From NCBI GenBank assembly GCA_963666985.2, contig CAXXIA010000001.1, positions 96,001 to 160,000 on the forward strand: 64,000 nt of DNA, read 5' to 3'. This document shows, one piece after another, positions 44,449 to 54,472 of the stretch (the first letter of the stretch is position 1; the number at the start of each line of letters is the position of its first letter). The notes beneath the pieces were generated by a model. That model was not told the origin of the DNA, did not search any database, and saw nothing but the letters and a program-made list of their open reading frames with translations. This stretch comes from Spirochaetia bacterium. Lineage in GTDB: Bacteria > Spirochaetota > Spirochaetia > DSM-2461. The position numbers and the translations under genes were made by a program.

Positions 44449-45777
44449 ATGGCGAATAACCCGTTAGTCGACATATTCCGGATTCGTGACCTCAGAAAGC
44501 GTGTTCTTTTTACCTTGGGTGTTTTGGTTGTTCATAGGATCGGTTCCATTATTCCTATACCGGGAATCGATTTGGGCGCCCTTAGCCGGTTTTTCTCCGG
44601 CAGCGGCGGTGAAGGACAGGGAATCGTGGATTACTTGGACTTCTTCTCCGGCGGGGCGTTTAAGAACTTTTCCATTTTTATGCTCGGAGTCATGCCGTAC
44701 ATCACCACAAGTATTATTATTCAGGTGCTGATGCTGGTGTTCCCCGCTTTGAAGCGCATAAGCGAAGAAGACGGCGGACGAAAAAAGATTCAGCGTTACA
44801 CCCGATATGCAACCGTACTTGTCTGTCTGCTTCAAGGCGTGGCTCTGCTCAGAATGCCCCTGAACTATGGTGTTGTCGTATCCGGTATGGCACAGTGGCA
44901 GTTCATGGTTCTGGGTATGCTGACTACCACGGCAGGAACGGTGTTCCTAATGTGGCTTGGTGAACAGATTAATGTGAAGGGTGTCGGGAACGGTATTTCA
45001 CTGCTGATTTTTACCGGTATCGTGGCGAGAATGCCCAACGCGATGAGTGTGTTGATTCGGGAAATCAGAGCGCAGAATCTGAATCCCGTATTCGTCATTC
45101 TTACCTTTGTGCTTTTCGTTGCCGTCGTAGTGGTGGTTATATACGAACAGCAGGGACTGCGAAAAATCCCCGTGAATTATGCCAGCCGAATCGTCGGCCG
45201 CAAGCAGTATCGCGGGCAGAGTTCCTATATACCGTTTAAAATCAATCCGTCGGGGGTTATTCCGGTTATCTTCGCATCTTCCATTTTGACCATTCCGGTT
45301 CAGCTTGCTTCCAGTCTTGGAAGCGGAGGAAGCGAGTTTTGGGGTAAGATGGCGCAGGCGCTGGACACCAGCGGACCGTTGTATTTGATTCTTTACACGT
45401 TATTGATTATCTTCTTTGCCTATTTTTATACCCAGGTAACATTGAATCCCATAGAAATCTCCAGGCAAATTAGAGAAAACGGAGGATCGATTCCCGGGAT
45501 TCGGAGTGAGAATATGGAAGCATACCTTACGCGGATTTTGAACCGTATTGTATTACCGGGTTCTCTTTTTCTCGCTATGATTGCATTGATCCCGTCCTTG
45601 CTCGTCATCATCATTCCCGGATTTCCGAGGCAGATGGCATACATCATGGGCGGAACATCGCTGCTCATTATGGTGGGTGTCGACTTGGATACAATGAGTC
45701 AAATAGAGGGGCATCTGAAGATGCATCACCATGAAGGATTGACCAAGGGCGGGAAGCTCCGCTCTCGGAATCTGTAA
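44449..45777 (+). CDS. secY: Preprotein translocase SecY
   Basis: ~10 TMs; 'LGVMPYIT','GVGNGISLLIF','GGTSLLIMVGV'. Confidence 0.97.
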   Translation: MANNPLVDIFRIRDLRKRVLFTLGVLVVHRIGSIIPIPGIDLGALSRFFSGSGGEGQGIVDYLDFFSGGAFKNFSIFMLGVMPYITTSIIIQVLMLVFPALKRISEEDGGRKKIQRYTRYATVLVCLLQGVALLRMPLNYGVVVSGMAQWQFMVLGMLTTTAGTVFLMWLGEQINVKGVGNGISLLIFTGIVARMPNAMSVLIREIRAQNLNPVFVILTFVLFVAVVVVVIYEQQGLRKIPVNYASRIVGRKQYRGQSSYIPFKINPSGVIPVIFASSILTIPVQLASSLGSGGSEFWGKMAQALDTSGPLYLILYTLLIIFFAYFYTQVTLNPIEISRQIRENGGSIPGIRSENMEAYLTRILNRIVLPGSLFLAMIALIPSLLVIIIPGFPRQMAYIMGGTSLLIMVGVDLDTMSQIEGHLKMHHHEGLTKGGKLRSRNL

Positions 45778-45798
45778 AAAGGAACGAGGTAACACGCT

Positions 45799-45912
45799 AT
45801 GAAAGTGAGAGCGAGCGTCAAACCGATTTGTGACAAGTGCAAAGTGATTCGCCGCCGAGGTGTGGTACGCATCATTTGTGATAATCCCAAGCATAAGCAA
45901 CGACAGAAGTAG
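45799..45912 (+). CDS. rpmJ: 50S ribosomal protein L36 (absent from ORF track)
   Basis: [37 protein letters not shown]. Confidence 0.96.
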   Translation: MKVRASVKPICDKCKVIRRRGVVRIICDNPKHKQRQK

Positions 45913-45921
45913 GAGGTCGGA

Positions 45922-46287
45922 ATGGCTCGTATTGCGGGTATTGACCTGCCGAATAAACATACTGATATCGCTTTAACGTACATATACGGAATCGGTCGGA
46001 CATCGGCGAGGCAAATATGCGAAAAGACCGGAGTGAATCCGGAAACCAGGATTAACGAACTCTCCGCCGAAGAGGTGAACGACCTCAGAAAGGTAATCGA
46101 GAATGATTACAAGGTGGAAGGTCGCTTACGATCTGAAACGGCTCTGAACATCAAAAGGTTGATGGATATCGGCTGTTATCGGGGCCTGCGGCACAGGAAA
46201 GGTCTTCCGGTACGCGGTCAGAGAACCAAGACTAATGCCCGAACCCGTAAAGGTAAGGCGAAAACAGTTGCCAAGAAGAAGAAGTAG
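45922..46287 (+). CDS. rpsM: 30S ribosomal protein S13
   Basis: '[10 protein letters not shown]','[14 protein letters not shown]'. Confidence 0.97.
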   Translation: MARIAGIDLPNKHTDIALTYIYGIGRTSARQICEKTGVNPETRINELSAEEVNDLRKVIENDYKVEGRLRSETALNIKRLMDIGCYRGLRHRKGLPVRGQRTKTNARTRKGKAKTVAKKKK

Positions 46288-46301
46288 GGCGGAGTTGAAC
46301 A

Positions 46302-46682
46302 ATGGCTAAGACGAAAAAGAAAAAAGAAAAGAAGACTGTAGTTGAAGGAAATGTCTACATTCAGGCGACTTTCAATAATACAATCGTCACCATTACCGAT
46401 TTGAAAGGAAACGCACTTTCTTGGTGCAGCGCGGGTTCGCTCGGTTTCCGCGGAGCCAAGAAATCCACTCCTTATGCCGCTCAGACGACAGCGGAGACAG
46501 CTACGACACGAGCCCGTGATTACGGACTTCAGGCCGTAAATGTTTACGTTAAAGGTCCCGGTATGGGAAGAGAGTCGGCCATCAGATCTTTGGGAAACTT
46601 GGGTTTGAAGGTTAAGACTATTACGGATATCACTCCGATTCCCCATAACGGCTGTCGTCCCCGGAAAAGCAGAAGGGTTTAA
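46302..46682 (+). CDS. rpsK: 30S ribosomal protein S11
   Basis: 'ATFNNTIVT','[10 protein letters not shown]'. Confidence 0.97.
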   Translation: MAKTKKKKEKKTVVEGNVYIQATFNNTIVTITDLKGNALSWCSAGSLGFRGAKKSTPYAAQTTAETATTRARDYGLQAVNVYVKGPGMGRESAIRSLGNLGLKVKTITDITPIPHNGCRPRKSRRV

Positions 46683-46817
46683 AATCGATGATTCTTTAAG
46701 GAATCAGAGTCTGTAGGATAGGAAGCCGGCGGAACGAAACCCGAGGAGCAGCCATGCCGCGGGGAATGTCGGGTCGATCGGCGACACCGAATACGGACAT
46801 AAGTGTAAGGAGCACAT

Positions 46818-47924
46818 ATGGCTAGAAAGAATCTCCTCAAAGGCTTCAAGAGGCCGAAAGGCATTACGTTTGAGCATAGTGAAGAGACAAAGGATTACGG
46901 GAAGTTCGTAGCCTATCCTTTTGAAAGAGGATACGGAACGACGATCGGGAACACCTTGAGAAGGATTCTTCTTTCGTCCATTCAAGGTCACGCCGTATCC
47001 GCCGTAAGAATCACAACATTTAACGAAGAGGGAAACTCTCACGTTGTTACCAGTGAGTTTGAGGCCATTCCCCATGTTGTGGAAGATACACCGGTTATCA
47101 TCAGCAACTTAAAATCACTGAAGCTGAAGCTTCCCGAAGATGTTGAAGAACAGACAATCCATATCGAATGGAAGGGTAAAGGTGTTATTACCGGCGCCGA
47201 CTTGGAAAAAGGCGGTGTCGAGGTTGCCAATAAAGATCAGCCCATCTGTACCGTTATGGAAGAGGGTAATCTTGATTTCGAGATTCAGGTTAACCTCGGA
47301 CGCGGGTATGTCCCCGCCGAACTGAATGAGAAGTATATCGAACATATCGGAACGATTCCCGTGGATTCCATCTTCAGTCCCATACTTAAAGTTAAGTATA
47401 CCGTTGAAGATACGCGTGTCGGTCAGCGTTCGGATTACGACAAGCTGATTCTTGAAGTATGGACCGATGGAACAATCGCTCCCGAGAACGCTCTCGCCGA
47501 AGCGGCGAAAATCGCCAAGGATCATTTTACGATTTTCATCAATTTTGATGAGGATGATGTGGTCGGTGATGAAGATGTGGATGAAGAAGAAGAGCGGGTC
47601 AGGGTTCTTCTCGATACACCGGTTGAAGAACTGGAACTTTCCGTTCGTTCAAGCAATTGCTTGAAAAACGCGAATATCAAAACGATCGGCGATTTAACCC
47701 GCCGAACCGAAGAAGATATTGCCAAAACCCGGAATTTCGGGAAAAAGTCGCTTCAGGAGATTAAAGAGAAGCTCAAAGAGTGGAATCTTAGCCTGGGAAT
47801 GACCGACTACAGTGTACTGAAAAACTCCATCAAACTCGGAAAACAGAGTGCGAGTGATGACGATGATGACGATAACGGCAGCGACGACATCACCCGTATA
47901 GATGAGTACGAAAACGAGGAATAG
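46818..47924 (+). CDS. rpoA: RNA polymerase alpha subunit
   Basis: 'PFERGYGTTIGNTLRRILLSS','ELSVRSSNCL','NFGKKSL'. Confidence 0.98.
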   Translation: MARKNLLKGFKRPKGITFEHSEETKDYGKFVAYPFERGYGTTIGNTLRRILLSSIQGHAVSAVRITTFNEEGNSHVVTSEFEAIPHVVEDTPVIISNLKSLKLKLPEDVEEQTIHIEWKGKGVITGADLEKGGVEVANKDQPICTVMEEGNLDFEIQVNLGRGYVPAELNEKYIEHIGTIPVDSIFSPILKVKYTVEDTRVGQRSDYDKLILEVWTDGTIAPENALAEAAKIAKDHFTIFINFDEDDVVGDEDVDEEEERVRVLLDTPVEELELSVRSSNCLKNANIKTIGDLTRRTEEDIAKTRNFGKKSLQEIKEKLKEWNLSLGMTDYSVLKNSIKLGKQSASDDDDDDNGSDDITRIDEYENEE

Positions 47925-47927
47925 AAA

Positions 47928-48587
47928 ATGCATAACCGTATTGGATTCAACCGCCTGGGAAGGAAGCCCAGTCATAGAAAGGCTCTCTACCGGAACATGA
48001 TAACATCCTTGATTAAGTACGAGCGGATAGAGACGACTCAAGCCAAGGCTAAGGAAATCCGTCGTACGGCCGAAAAGCTTGTAACGCGGGCCAAGGTGGA
48101 TTCCGTTCATAATCGCCGCATCGTGGCGAAAACCGTTTATGAGAAAGGGGTTGTGAACAAGCTTTTCACGGAGGTCGGTCCTCGGTTTGCCGATCGGCCG
48201 GGCGGTTACACCCGTATCCTGAAGCTTGGAAAGCGGTCCGGAGATGCCGCGGAGATGGTCATTCTTGAATTTCTGAAAGAAGAAGATAAATCTGCGGCCA
48301 AGAAAAAAACTTCATCCAAGAAGAAGGCCGCCGACCCCAAGAAGAAGACTTCCGCTCCCAAAAAGAAGACTGTTGAAGAAGTTGAAGTTAAGGCCCAAGA
48401 ACCGGCCGAATCAGCTGATACGCCGGCGGCTGCCGAGACGGATGCCGTAGAAACTTCCGCCGCAGCGGATGATACGGTCGTCGATACTGCGGCGGCCGGT
48501 GATGCGGCCTCAGATTCTGCCGATACCGTTGAAAATGCTTCCCAAGATTCTTCAGACGCGGATTCCAAAGCAAAAGACGCGGAATAA
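47928..48587 (+). CDS. rplQ: 50S ribosomal protein L17 with long C-terminal extension
   Basis: 'HRKALYRNM','[10 protein letters not shown]'. Confidence 0.96.
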   Translation: MHNRIGFNRLGRKPSHRKALYRNMITSLIKYERIETTQAKAKEIRRTAEKLVTRAKVDSVHNRRIVAKTVYEKGVVNKLFTEVGPRFADRPGGYTRILKLGKRSGDAAEMVILEFLKEEDKSAAKKKTSSKKKAADPKKKTSAPKKKTVEEVEVKAQEPAESADTPAAAETDAVETSAAADDTVVDTAAAGDAASDSADTVENASQDSSDADSKAKDAE

Positions 48588-48672
48588 ACGGAGGCCAAGG
48601 CTTTCGAGAGTGCTTTAAATGGCGACATGACAGGATGAATATTCATTTTGTCGAAATATTTTACCGATGATA

Positions 48673-48717
48673 GAGGGGAGGTCGTACAGCTTATGCTGAA
48701 ACGCCTCCCCTTTTTAT
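48673..48717 (+). terminator. Terminator of the alpha operon
   Basis: AGGGGAGG...CCTCCCCT followed by TTTT. Confidence 0.75.
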
Positions 48718-48779
48718 TATGAAAAGGATAGCGTCAGTTCCGGATTTCGGAATTTAAGGGAGGGAAACGCTCGGTTTTC

Positions 48780-51700
48780 ATGAGAACATCTCATAAACTT
48801 GCTCTAACCTTTCTTATTTCTCTTATTCTCACCGGAGTTTTTGTCGTATTGGCTTATACCGGTTTGTTCCGAATTTTGGAAACCGATTTTTTCAGTCGCC
48901 GAATTGAAACCGACCAGGGACTCCGCATTACGGAAATCGCGGGAATCGTTGACGCCTGGAATGCCGACAATATCGCACGATTCGACGCACTCTCCCGGGA
49001 TCGAAAATTTCAAACCGTTTATTCGGTGTCTCAGCGTGAGGAAGAAATTAACGGGCGGGCCGAATCCGTTGAACGATTGAAAGACCGCCTGATCGGATTT
49101 GAAGGATTTCGAATCGTTGATAATCAGGGCAAAATCCATTACTCCTCTTTTGCCGGTGATGTGGCGAATGAACAGACAGGTGAGCGGCGGCTTTACAGGA
49201 ATTGGAATCAAATCGACGACAGTTTTGTATTGCCGCCAAATAGCGGCGATGAACCGCGTATCCTTTACCGAGGCTCCACTCAGCGAATCCTTTATCTGAT
49301 TCCTTCATTGGATCAGTCCTTCGTTGAGAGAGGCTGGATGATAGTTTATATGAGTCCGACCGGCTTGAGCGGCGATTTGGCCGGAAGCGGCTTCATTGAT
49401 CCGGCCGGTTGGATTTATATCGTTGACGGGCGCGGGATTATCGTAGACATCAGGCAGGATCAGGCAGCTGCCGTTGAAGAATATATTGATCGATTATGGC
49501 CAAAGGATGGAGAACCGGCCGGTTTCGCCCTTCTTGCGGAGGGCAGAAGCGATTCGTACTGGATTACCAGCCGGATAAGCGATGCCGGTACATGGATTGG
49601 CAAGCTGATTCCCGGCGGATTTCTGAAATTCTCAACAACGACACAGATTCTGATTATTGCAACCGTTTTTATATCGTTTGTCCTTTTACTTTTCTTAGCA
49701 CTGAATCTTCGACCGGATAAAGAGGAAATTCTCCGCGGCAGGATAAAGAGGCTTCAGGCTAGTCTTTTCAGAGAATGGCTTGAGCATCATGAAGGCAAAA
49801 AACTCAGATTTGAAGATCTTGAATCGAGGCGAAGAGAAGTCGGTGAAGAACTGCGATCGGGGCTGGGACGCCTCAGTTCCGGCCAGGTTGAGAAAGTTGA
49901 TAAGTTAATTAACGAAAGTTGGGACAATATTGTAGAGATCCTCGCTGAAAAGAAAATCATAAGCGGTCCGGAAAGCACTACGGCATCCGAAATAGGTGCC
50001 GTACCGCCTCCCATCGATATGAAGCAATTGGAAGCGATGATTACCCGTGCTGTTGCGGAGGCCGTTCCTAAAGGAGCGGTTGCTTCTGTAAGCTATGCCC
50101 CTTCACCCGAAATTTCGGCACCGGGAAAACCCATTCAGGTTGATGTCGTCGATGAAGACGATCTGGAAGAACTTGACGAACTTGACGAGGTTGGCGAGGT
50201 CGAAAAAGCCGGAGAGTCGGCGGAGCTTGGAACGCCCGTAGACGTTGAAGACGTTGAAGAGCTCGAGGATCTGGAAGAACTTGACGAACTTGACGAACTT
50301 GACGAACTTGACGAACTTGACGAACTTGACGAACTTGACGAACTTGACGAGGTTGACGAGGTTGACGAGGTTGACGAGGTTGACGAGGTTGACGAGGTTG
50401 ACGAGGTTGACGAGGTTGACGAGGTTGACGAGGTTGACGAGGTTGGCGAGGTCGAAAAAGCCGGAGAGTCGGCGGAGCTTGGAACGCCCGTAGGCGCTCA
50501 AGACGTTGAAGAGTTCGAGGATCTGGAAGATCTTGACGAACTTGACGAGGTCGAAGAAGCCGGAGAGCCCGAAGAGTCGGCGGAGCTTGGGACGCCCGCA
50601 GCCGCTGAGGAAGTCGAAGAGTTCGAGGATCTGGAAGATCTTGACGAACTTGACGAGGTCGAAGAAGCCGGAGAGCCCGAAGAGTCGGCGGAGCTTGGAA
50701 CGCCCGTAGACGCTCAAGATGTTGAAGAGTTCGAGGATCTGGAAGAGCTTGATGAACTTGACGAGGTCGAAGAAGCCGGAGAACCCGAAGAGTCGGCGGA
50801 GCTTGGAACGCCCGTAGACGCTCAAGATGTTGAAGAGTTCGAGGATCTGGAAGAGCTTGATGAACTTGACGAGGTGAAAGAAGAAGTTCTTGCGGAAACC
50901 CCGGATCTTGAATCCACCGAACTTGAAGAGCTGGAAACCTTTGAAGGATTTGAGCCTCTGCCTCCCGAAGAAGGCGAGGAAGATGTTTTAGAGGTATTGC
51001 CGGTGGTTCTTTCGGAAGATTCAAGAGAATTGATCGAAATTGATAAAGTTGATCGGGACAGGCTGTATATGTTCGAAGAAGGATTCGAAAACAAGAATTT
51101 CTCGAATGAGAGAGCGGAGAACACCGTGGAAGTTCAAGAACTTGAGGAATTGGATGAAATCGAAGAACTTGAAGAAATCGAAGAACTTGAGGAGTTGAAC
51201 GAAGAACCGGCTCCGGCTCTTCAGTCTGAAGTGGAATTTTTTACTCTGGAAGACATCCTGAAATCCGTCAGGACTTCGGATCATCGGATTCTCAGAAAAG
51301 ACGTCGGAGATGAACAATCCGCTTCAATGGAATCCTTATTTAAGACAAAAACAACAGGGATTCTGCCCGGAATGGACTTTTCAACCGGTGATTTCCTCTT
51401 TGATGAGGAAAGTCCTGAATTAACTTGGTCGGCAGACGGTTTGGACTATGACCGTTACCTTAAAGGATTTAAAAAAGGCGCAACGGGAATCTACAAGTCT
51501 TTAATGAGCTTATCCAAGGAATATAACGCCCTCTGTGGAGTTCTCCTCACAGGTTCGCGAAAAGGCCTGGAAACGGATTACGCTGTAGGACTTGATGATG
51601 AAAGCGCGAATTATCTTTCAGTGAATAGAAATGAAGCACTCTGGCAGGAGTGGTTCGAAGAACGCAAAGTCGTCTTTGTATCGAGTCTGGCGTCGTCCGC

Positions 51701-51860
51701 ATACGCTGAAAAGACCTCTCACCATGAATTCCGTTATATCAAATCGGCAATATTCCTGCCGGTTATTTATCATGGAACCCAGTCCTACGTATTTTTAGGC
51801 TTCAAGGACGTACCCAAGAATCCCATGGGTCTTTTGACGGCCATGCACGCTGTTGTCTAA
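48780..51860 (+). CDS. Large membrane protein: two TMs, extracytoplasmic domain, acidic repeat region, possible GAF-like C-terminus
   Basis: TMs near aa 7-30 and ~290-310; Asp/Glu-rich repeats; globular C-terminal ~150 aa. Confidence 0.75.
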   Translation: MRTSHKLALTFLISLILTGVFVVLAYTGLFRILETDFFSRRIETDQGLRITEIAGIVDAWNADNIARFDALSRDRKFQTVYSVSQREEEINGRAESVERLKDRLIGFEGFRIVDNQGKIHYSSFAGDVANEQTGERRLYRNWNQIDDSFVLPPNSGDEPRILYRGSTQRILYLIPSLDQSFVERGWMIVYMSPTGLSGDLAGSGFIDPAGWIYIVDGRGIIVDIRQDQAAAVEEYIDRLWPKDGEPAGFALLAEGRSDSYWITSRISDAGTWIGKLIPGGFLKFSTTTQILIIATVFISFVLLLFLALNLRPDKEEILRGRIKRLQASLFREWLEHHEGKKLRFEDLESRRREVGEELRSGLGRLSSGQVEKVDKLINESWDNIVEILAEKKIISGPESTTASEIGAVPPPIDMKQLEAMITRAVAEAVPKGAVASVSYAPSPEISAPGKPIQVDVVDEDDLEELDELDEVGEVEKAGESAELGTPVDVEDVEELEDLEELDELDELDELDELDELDELDELDEVDEVDEVDEVDEVDEVDEVDEVDEVDEVDEVGEVEKAGESAELGTPVGAQDVEEFEDLEDLDELDEVEEAGEPEESAELGTPAAAEEVEEFEDLEDLDELDEVEEAGEPEESAELGTPVDAQDVEEFEDLEELDELDEVEEAGEPEESAELGTPVDAQDVEEFEDLEELDELDEVKEEVLAETPDLESTELEELETFEGFEPLPPEEGEEDVLEVLPVVLSEDSRELIEIDKVDRDRLYMFEEGFENKNFSNERAENTVEVQELEELDEIEELEEIEELEELNEEPAPALQSEVEFFTLEDILKSVRTSDHRILRKDVGDEQSASMESLFKTKTTGILPGMDFSTGDFLFDEESPELTWSADGLDYDRYLKGFKKGATGIYKSLMSLSKEYNALCGVLLTGSRKGLETDYAVGLDDESANYLSVNRNEALWQEWFEERKVVFVSSLASSAYAEKTSHHEFRYIKSAIFLPVIYHGTQSYVFLGFKDVPKNPMGLLTAMHAVV
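50160..50875 (+). repeat. 108-bp (36-aa) coding repeat, ~5 imperfect copies
   Basis: GAGTCGGCGGAGCTTGG (ESAELG) at 50214, 50466, 50574, 50682, 50790. Confidence 0.9.
50277..50438 (+). repeat. 9-bp coding tandem repeat: (GAACTTGAC)x8 then (GAGGTTGAC)x10
   Basis: Counted directly; encodes (ELD)8(EVD)10. Confidence 0.97.
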
Positions 51861-52008
51861 CGCTTTTAAAATCCCTCTCAAAATTTTTATATCCCCGCGC
51901 CCTCCTTCCGCCGACAAGATGGCTCTCAGCGCATACGGGAATCCCTATAAATCCTTGTTTTATTGATATTAGGAAGAAATTATCAGCTCTTGAAATTCCA
52001 TACGGGCC

Positions 52009-52036
52009 TTGACGCTCGTATAGGCGAATGTATAAT
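52009..52036 (+). promoter_or_regulatory. Sigma70 promoter of the rny operon
   Basis: TTGACG-N16-TATAAT. Confidence 0.75.
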
Positions 52037-52071
52037 CAGTGACATATTGAAAACATCAAGGGGGAGACATT

Positions 52072-53601
52072 TTGAGCGTTGTTTTATTGATCATCCTTCC
52101 CCTCGGCGGTGTGATATTCGGATGGCTCATTCGATGGATTTACGCCAAAAACAAACTCTCTTCATCAGAACAGAAAGCACTCAGGCTGAAAGAAACAGCA
52201 GTTGCCGAAGCGGAAAACGCAAAGAAGGAAGTCCTTTTGGAAGCGCAGGACAAAATCCTGGGGGACCGGAGGGAATTCGAACGCGAAGTTAGGGAACAGC
52301 GATCTGAAATTCAGCGATATGAGAAGCGAATCCAGCAAAAAGAAGATAATCTGGATAGAAAGTTTTCGGATCTCGAACGGCGCCAAGCCAATCTCGCCAA
52401 GAGATTGGAGGAAGTGGAGCAGCGGGAACTAAAACTGGCAGATGAAGAAAAGCGTTGCCAAAACGAATTGGAACGTATATCCGGACTTACCGCCGAGGAC
52501 GCAAAGAAGATCCTTATGCAGGATCTCGAGAACGAGGCCAAGCACGATGCCCAGGCCTTGATTAACAAAATCGAACAGGAAGCGCAGGCTTCAGCGGAGA
52601 AGAAGGCCCGCGACATCCTGATAACGACGATTCAGAGACTCGCGACCGAGGTAACGACCGAGATTACCGTTACGTCGGTGAGTCTGCCGAACGATGAGAT
52701 GAAAGGGCGAATCATCGGCCGTGAGGGCCGTAATATCCGTACCCTGGAAACTCTGACCGGTGTGGACATCATTATCGACGATACGCCGGAAGCCGTTGTT
52801 ATTTCCTGTTTCGATCCCATCAGGAAAACCATCGCCAAGACGGCCTTGGAACGCCTGATTCAGGACGGACGAATCCATCCGGCGCGAATCGAGGAAGTGG
52901 TTCAGAAAGTTGCCAAGGAAATCAGTCAGACGATTTTCGAGGAAGGCGAAAGGGTTCTTTTCGACTTGGGAATCCATAACATGAGGCCCGAGGGCATCCG
53001 TGCTTTGGGTCGGCTTCATTTCCGTTCAAGTTATGGACAGAACGTACTCTCGCATTCGAAGGAAGTCGCGATTGTCGCGGGTATGATCGCCAGTGAAGTC
53101 GGCGCGGATGTCGCAGTCGCGAAACGGGCGGCATTGCTTCATGACATCGGCAAGGGGCTGGAAACCGACGGCGAGGGCGGCCATGCCGAAATCGGCGCGG
53201 AACTTGCCAGGCGTATGGGCGAGGAACCTCGTGTTGTCAACGCCATTGCCGCGCACCACGACGACGAGGAAATCACTTCGCCCGAAGGGGTGATCGTACA
53301 GCTGGCCGACGCGGTTTCCGCGGCGCGGCCTGGCGCCAGACGGGAGACGCTGGACAACTATATCAAGCGGCTTGAGAATCTGGAGAAGATCGCCCTCGGA
53401 TTCGACGGCGTGGAAAAGGTTTTTGCCATCCAGGCCGGTCGTGAGCTGCGCATTATGGTGAATCATGAGCGTGTGAACGATCAGCAAGCCAAGCAGCTTG
53501 CCAAGGATATCGCGAAAGACATCGAGGATCAGCTGAAATTCCCCGGCCGTATCCGTGTTACCATCATCAGGGAGACACGTGTCGTGGAGTATGCCCGTTA
53601 A
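52072..53601 (+). CDS. rny: Ribonuclease Y
   Basis: N-terminal TM, coiled coil, KH 'KGRIIGREGRNIR', HD 'LLHDIGK'; TTG start. Confidence 0.96.
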   Translation: MSVVLLIILPLGGVIFGWLIRWIYAKNKLSSSEQKALRLKETAVAEAENAKKEVLLEAQDKILGDRREFEREVREQRSEIQRYEKRIQQKEDNLDRKFSDLERRQANLAKRLEEVEQRELKLADEEKRCQNELERISGLTAEDAKKILMQDLENEAKHDAQALINKIEQEAQASAEKKARDILITTIQRLATEVTTEITVTSVSLPNDEMKGRIIGREGRNIRTLETLTGVDIIIDDTPEAVVISCFDPIRKTIAKTALERLIQDGRIHPARIEEVVQKVAKEISQTIFEEGERVLFDLGIHNMRPEGIRALGRLHFRSSYGQNVLSHSKEVAIVAGMIASEVGADVAVAKRAALLHDIGKGLETDGEGGHAEIGAELARRMGEEPRVVNAIAAHHDDEEITSPEGVIVQLADAVSAARPGARRETLDNYIKRLENLEKIALGFDGVEKVFAIQAGRELRIMVNHERVNDQQAKQLAKDIAKDIEDQLKFPGRIRVTIIRETRVVEYAR

Positions 53602-53618
53602 TAGTTTTTTTGATATTC

Positions 53619-53655
53619 GGGCCGGTTTCGGAAAGTCGGAACCGGCCTTTTTTTA
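53619..53655 (+). terminator. Terminator after rny
   Basis: GGGCCGGTTTCG...CGGAACCGGCC followed by T-run. Confidence 0.75.
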
Positions 53656-53673
53656 GCAGTGAGCGGAGGTTAA

Positions 53674-54471
53674 ATGGTCGCGATTAAGGTGCTCTTCCTG
53701 GGCGATCTCGTCGGACAACCGGGGATGAGGGCGTTGTTTGCTTGTCTCTCGTCCCTAAGGACCGAAACCGGTGCTCATCTTGTAGCGGTAAACGGAGAGA
53801 ATCTGGCCGAAGGTTTCGGACTGGTTCCGCGTGAGGTGGAAAGCCTTTTCGGTCTCGGAGTATCCGTTATCACGAGTGGCAATCATATTTGGCAGCGGGA
53901 AGAAATATATCCTCTCCTTGATTCCGAACCCTGTCTTCTCAGACCTGAAAATTATCCTTCGGGAGTCCCGGGGCACGGAACGGCACTCGTCAATATCGCC
54001 GGAACGGATGTGGGATTTTTGAATGTTCTCGGGCAGAATCGTATGGGCGCCGCGGTGGATTGTCCGTTCAAAACGGCAAGGAAGGCCGCGGCGGAGCTTC
54101 GCAAGAAAACCAAATGCATCATTATGGATTTTCATGCCGAGGATGTTCGTGAGAAAGAAGCAATGGCTTTTCACATGGACGGGCGTGTTTCAGCTGTTTT
54201 GGGAACTCATACTCACGTAGCAACCGCCGACGAGCGCATTCTTCCGGGTGGAACGGCTTACATGACCGATATCGGAATGTGCGGTCCCGGAGAAAGCGTC
54301 ATCGGGACGAAACCGGATTTGTCGATTAAGAGGGCTCTGACGCAAATGCCGCTCCGCATGGAAGTGCTCGACGCTCCGGGTGTTATAAACGGGATTCTTT
54401 TGGAACTGGAGATTGAATCCGGTAAGGCGCTTTCCGTGGAACGAATCAGGCGGGAAACCGAAGGAACCTGA
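53674..54471 (+). CDS. ymdB: YmdB/TIGR00282-family metallophosphoesterase
   Basis: 'GDLVG','NGEN','TSGNH','DFHAE','GTHTHV'; follows rny. Confidence 0.9.
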   Translation: MVAIKVLFLGDLVGQPGMRALFACLSSLRTETGAHLVAVNGENLAEGFGLVPREVESLFGLGVSVITSGNHIWQREEIYPLLDSEPCLLRPENYPSGVPGHGTALVNIAGTDVGFLNVLGQNRMGAAVDCPFKTARKAAAELRKKTKCIIMDFHAEDVREKEAMAFHMDGRVSAVLGTHTHVATADERILPGGTAYMTDIGMCGPGESVIGTKPDLSIKRALTQMPLRMEVLDAPGVINGILLELEIESGKALSVERIRRETEGT

Positions 54472-54472
54472 A

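Noticed and set aside
50160..50875. Repeat array as CRISPR
   Set aside because: Units are multiples of 3, in frame within a CDS, with no unique spacers and no cas genes.
50068..51024. Antisense/alternate-frame ORFs with (RQP)n, (VNL)n, (LTN)n repeats
   Set aside because: Shadows of the 9-bp coding repeat.
51861..52071. 6S RNA upstream of rny
   Set aside because: No long self-complementary rod; the region is explained by the rny promoter.
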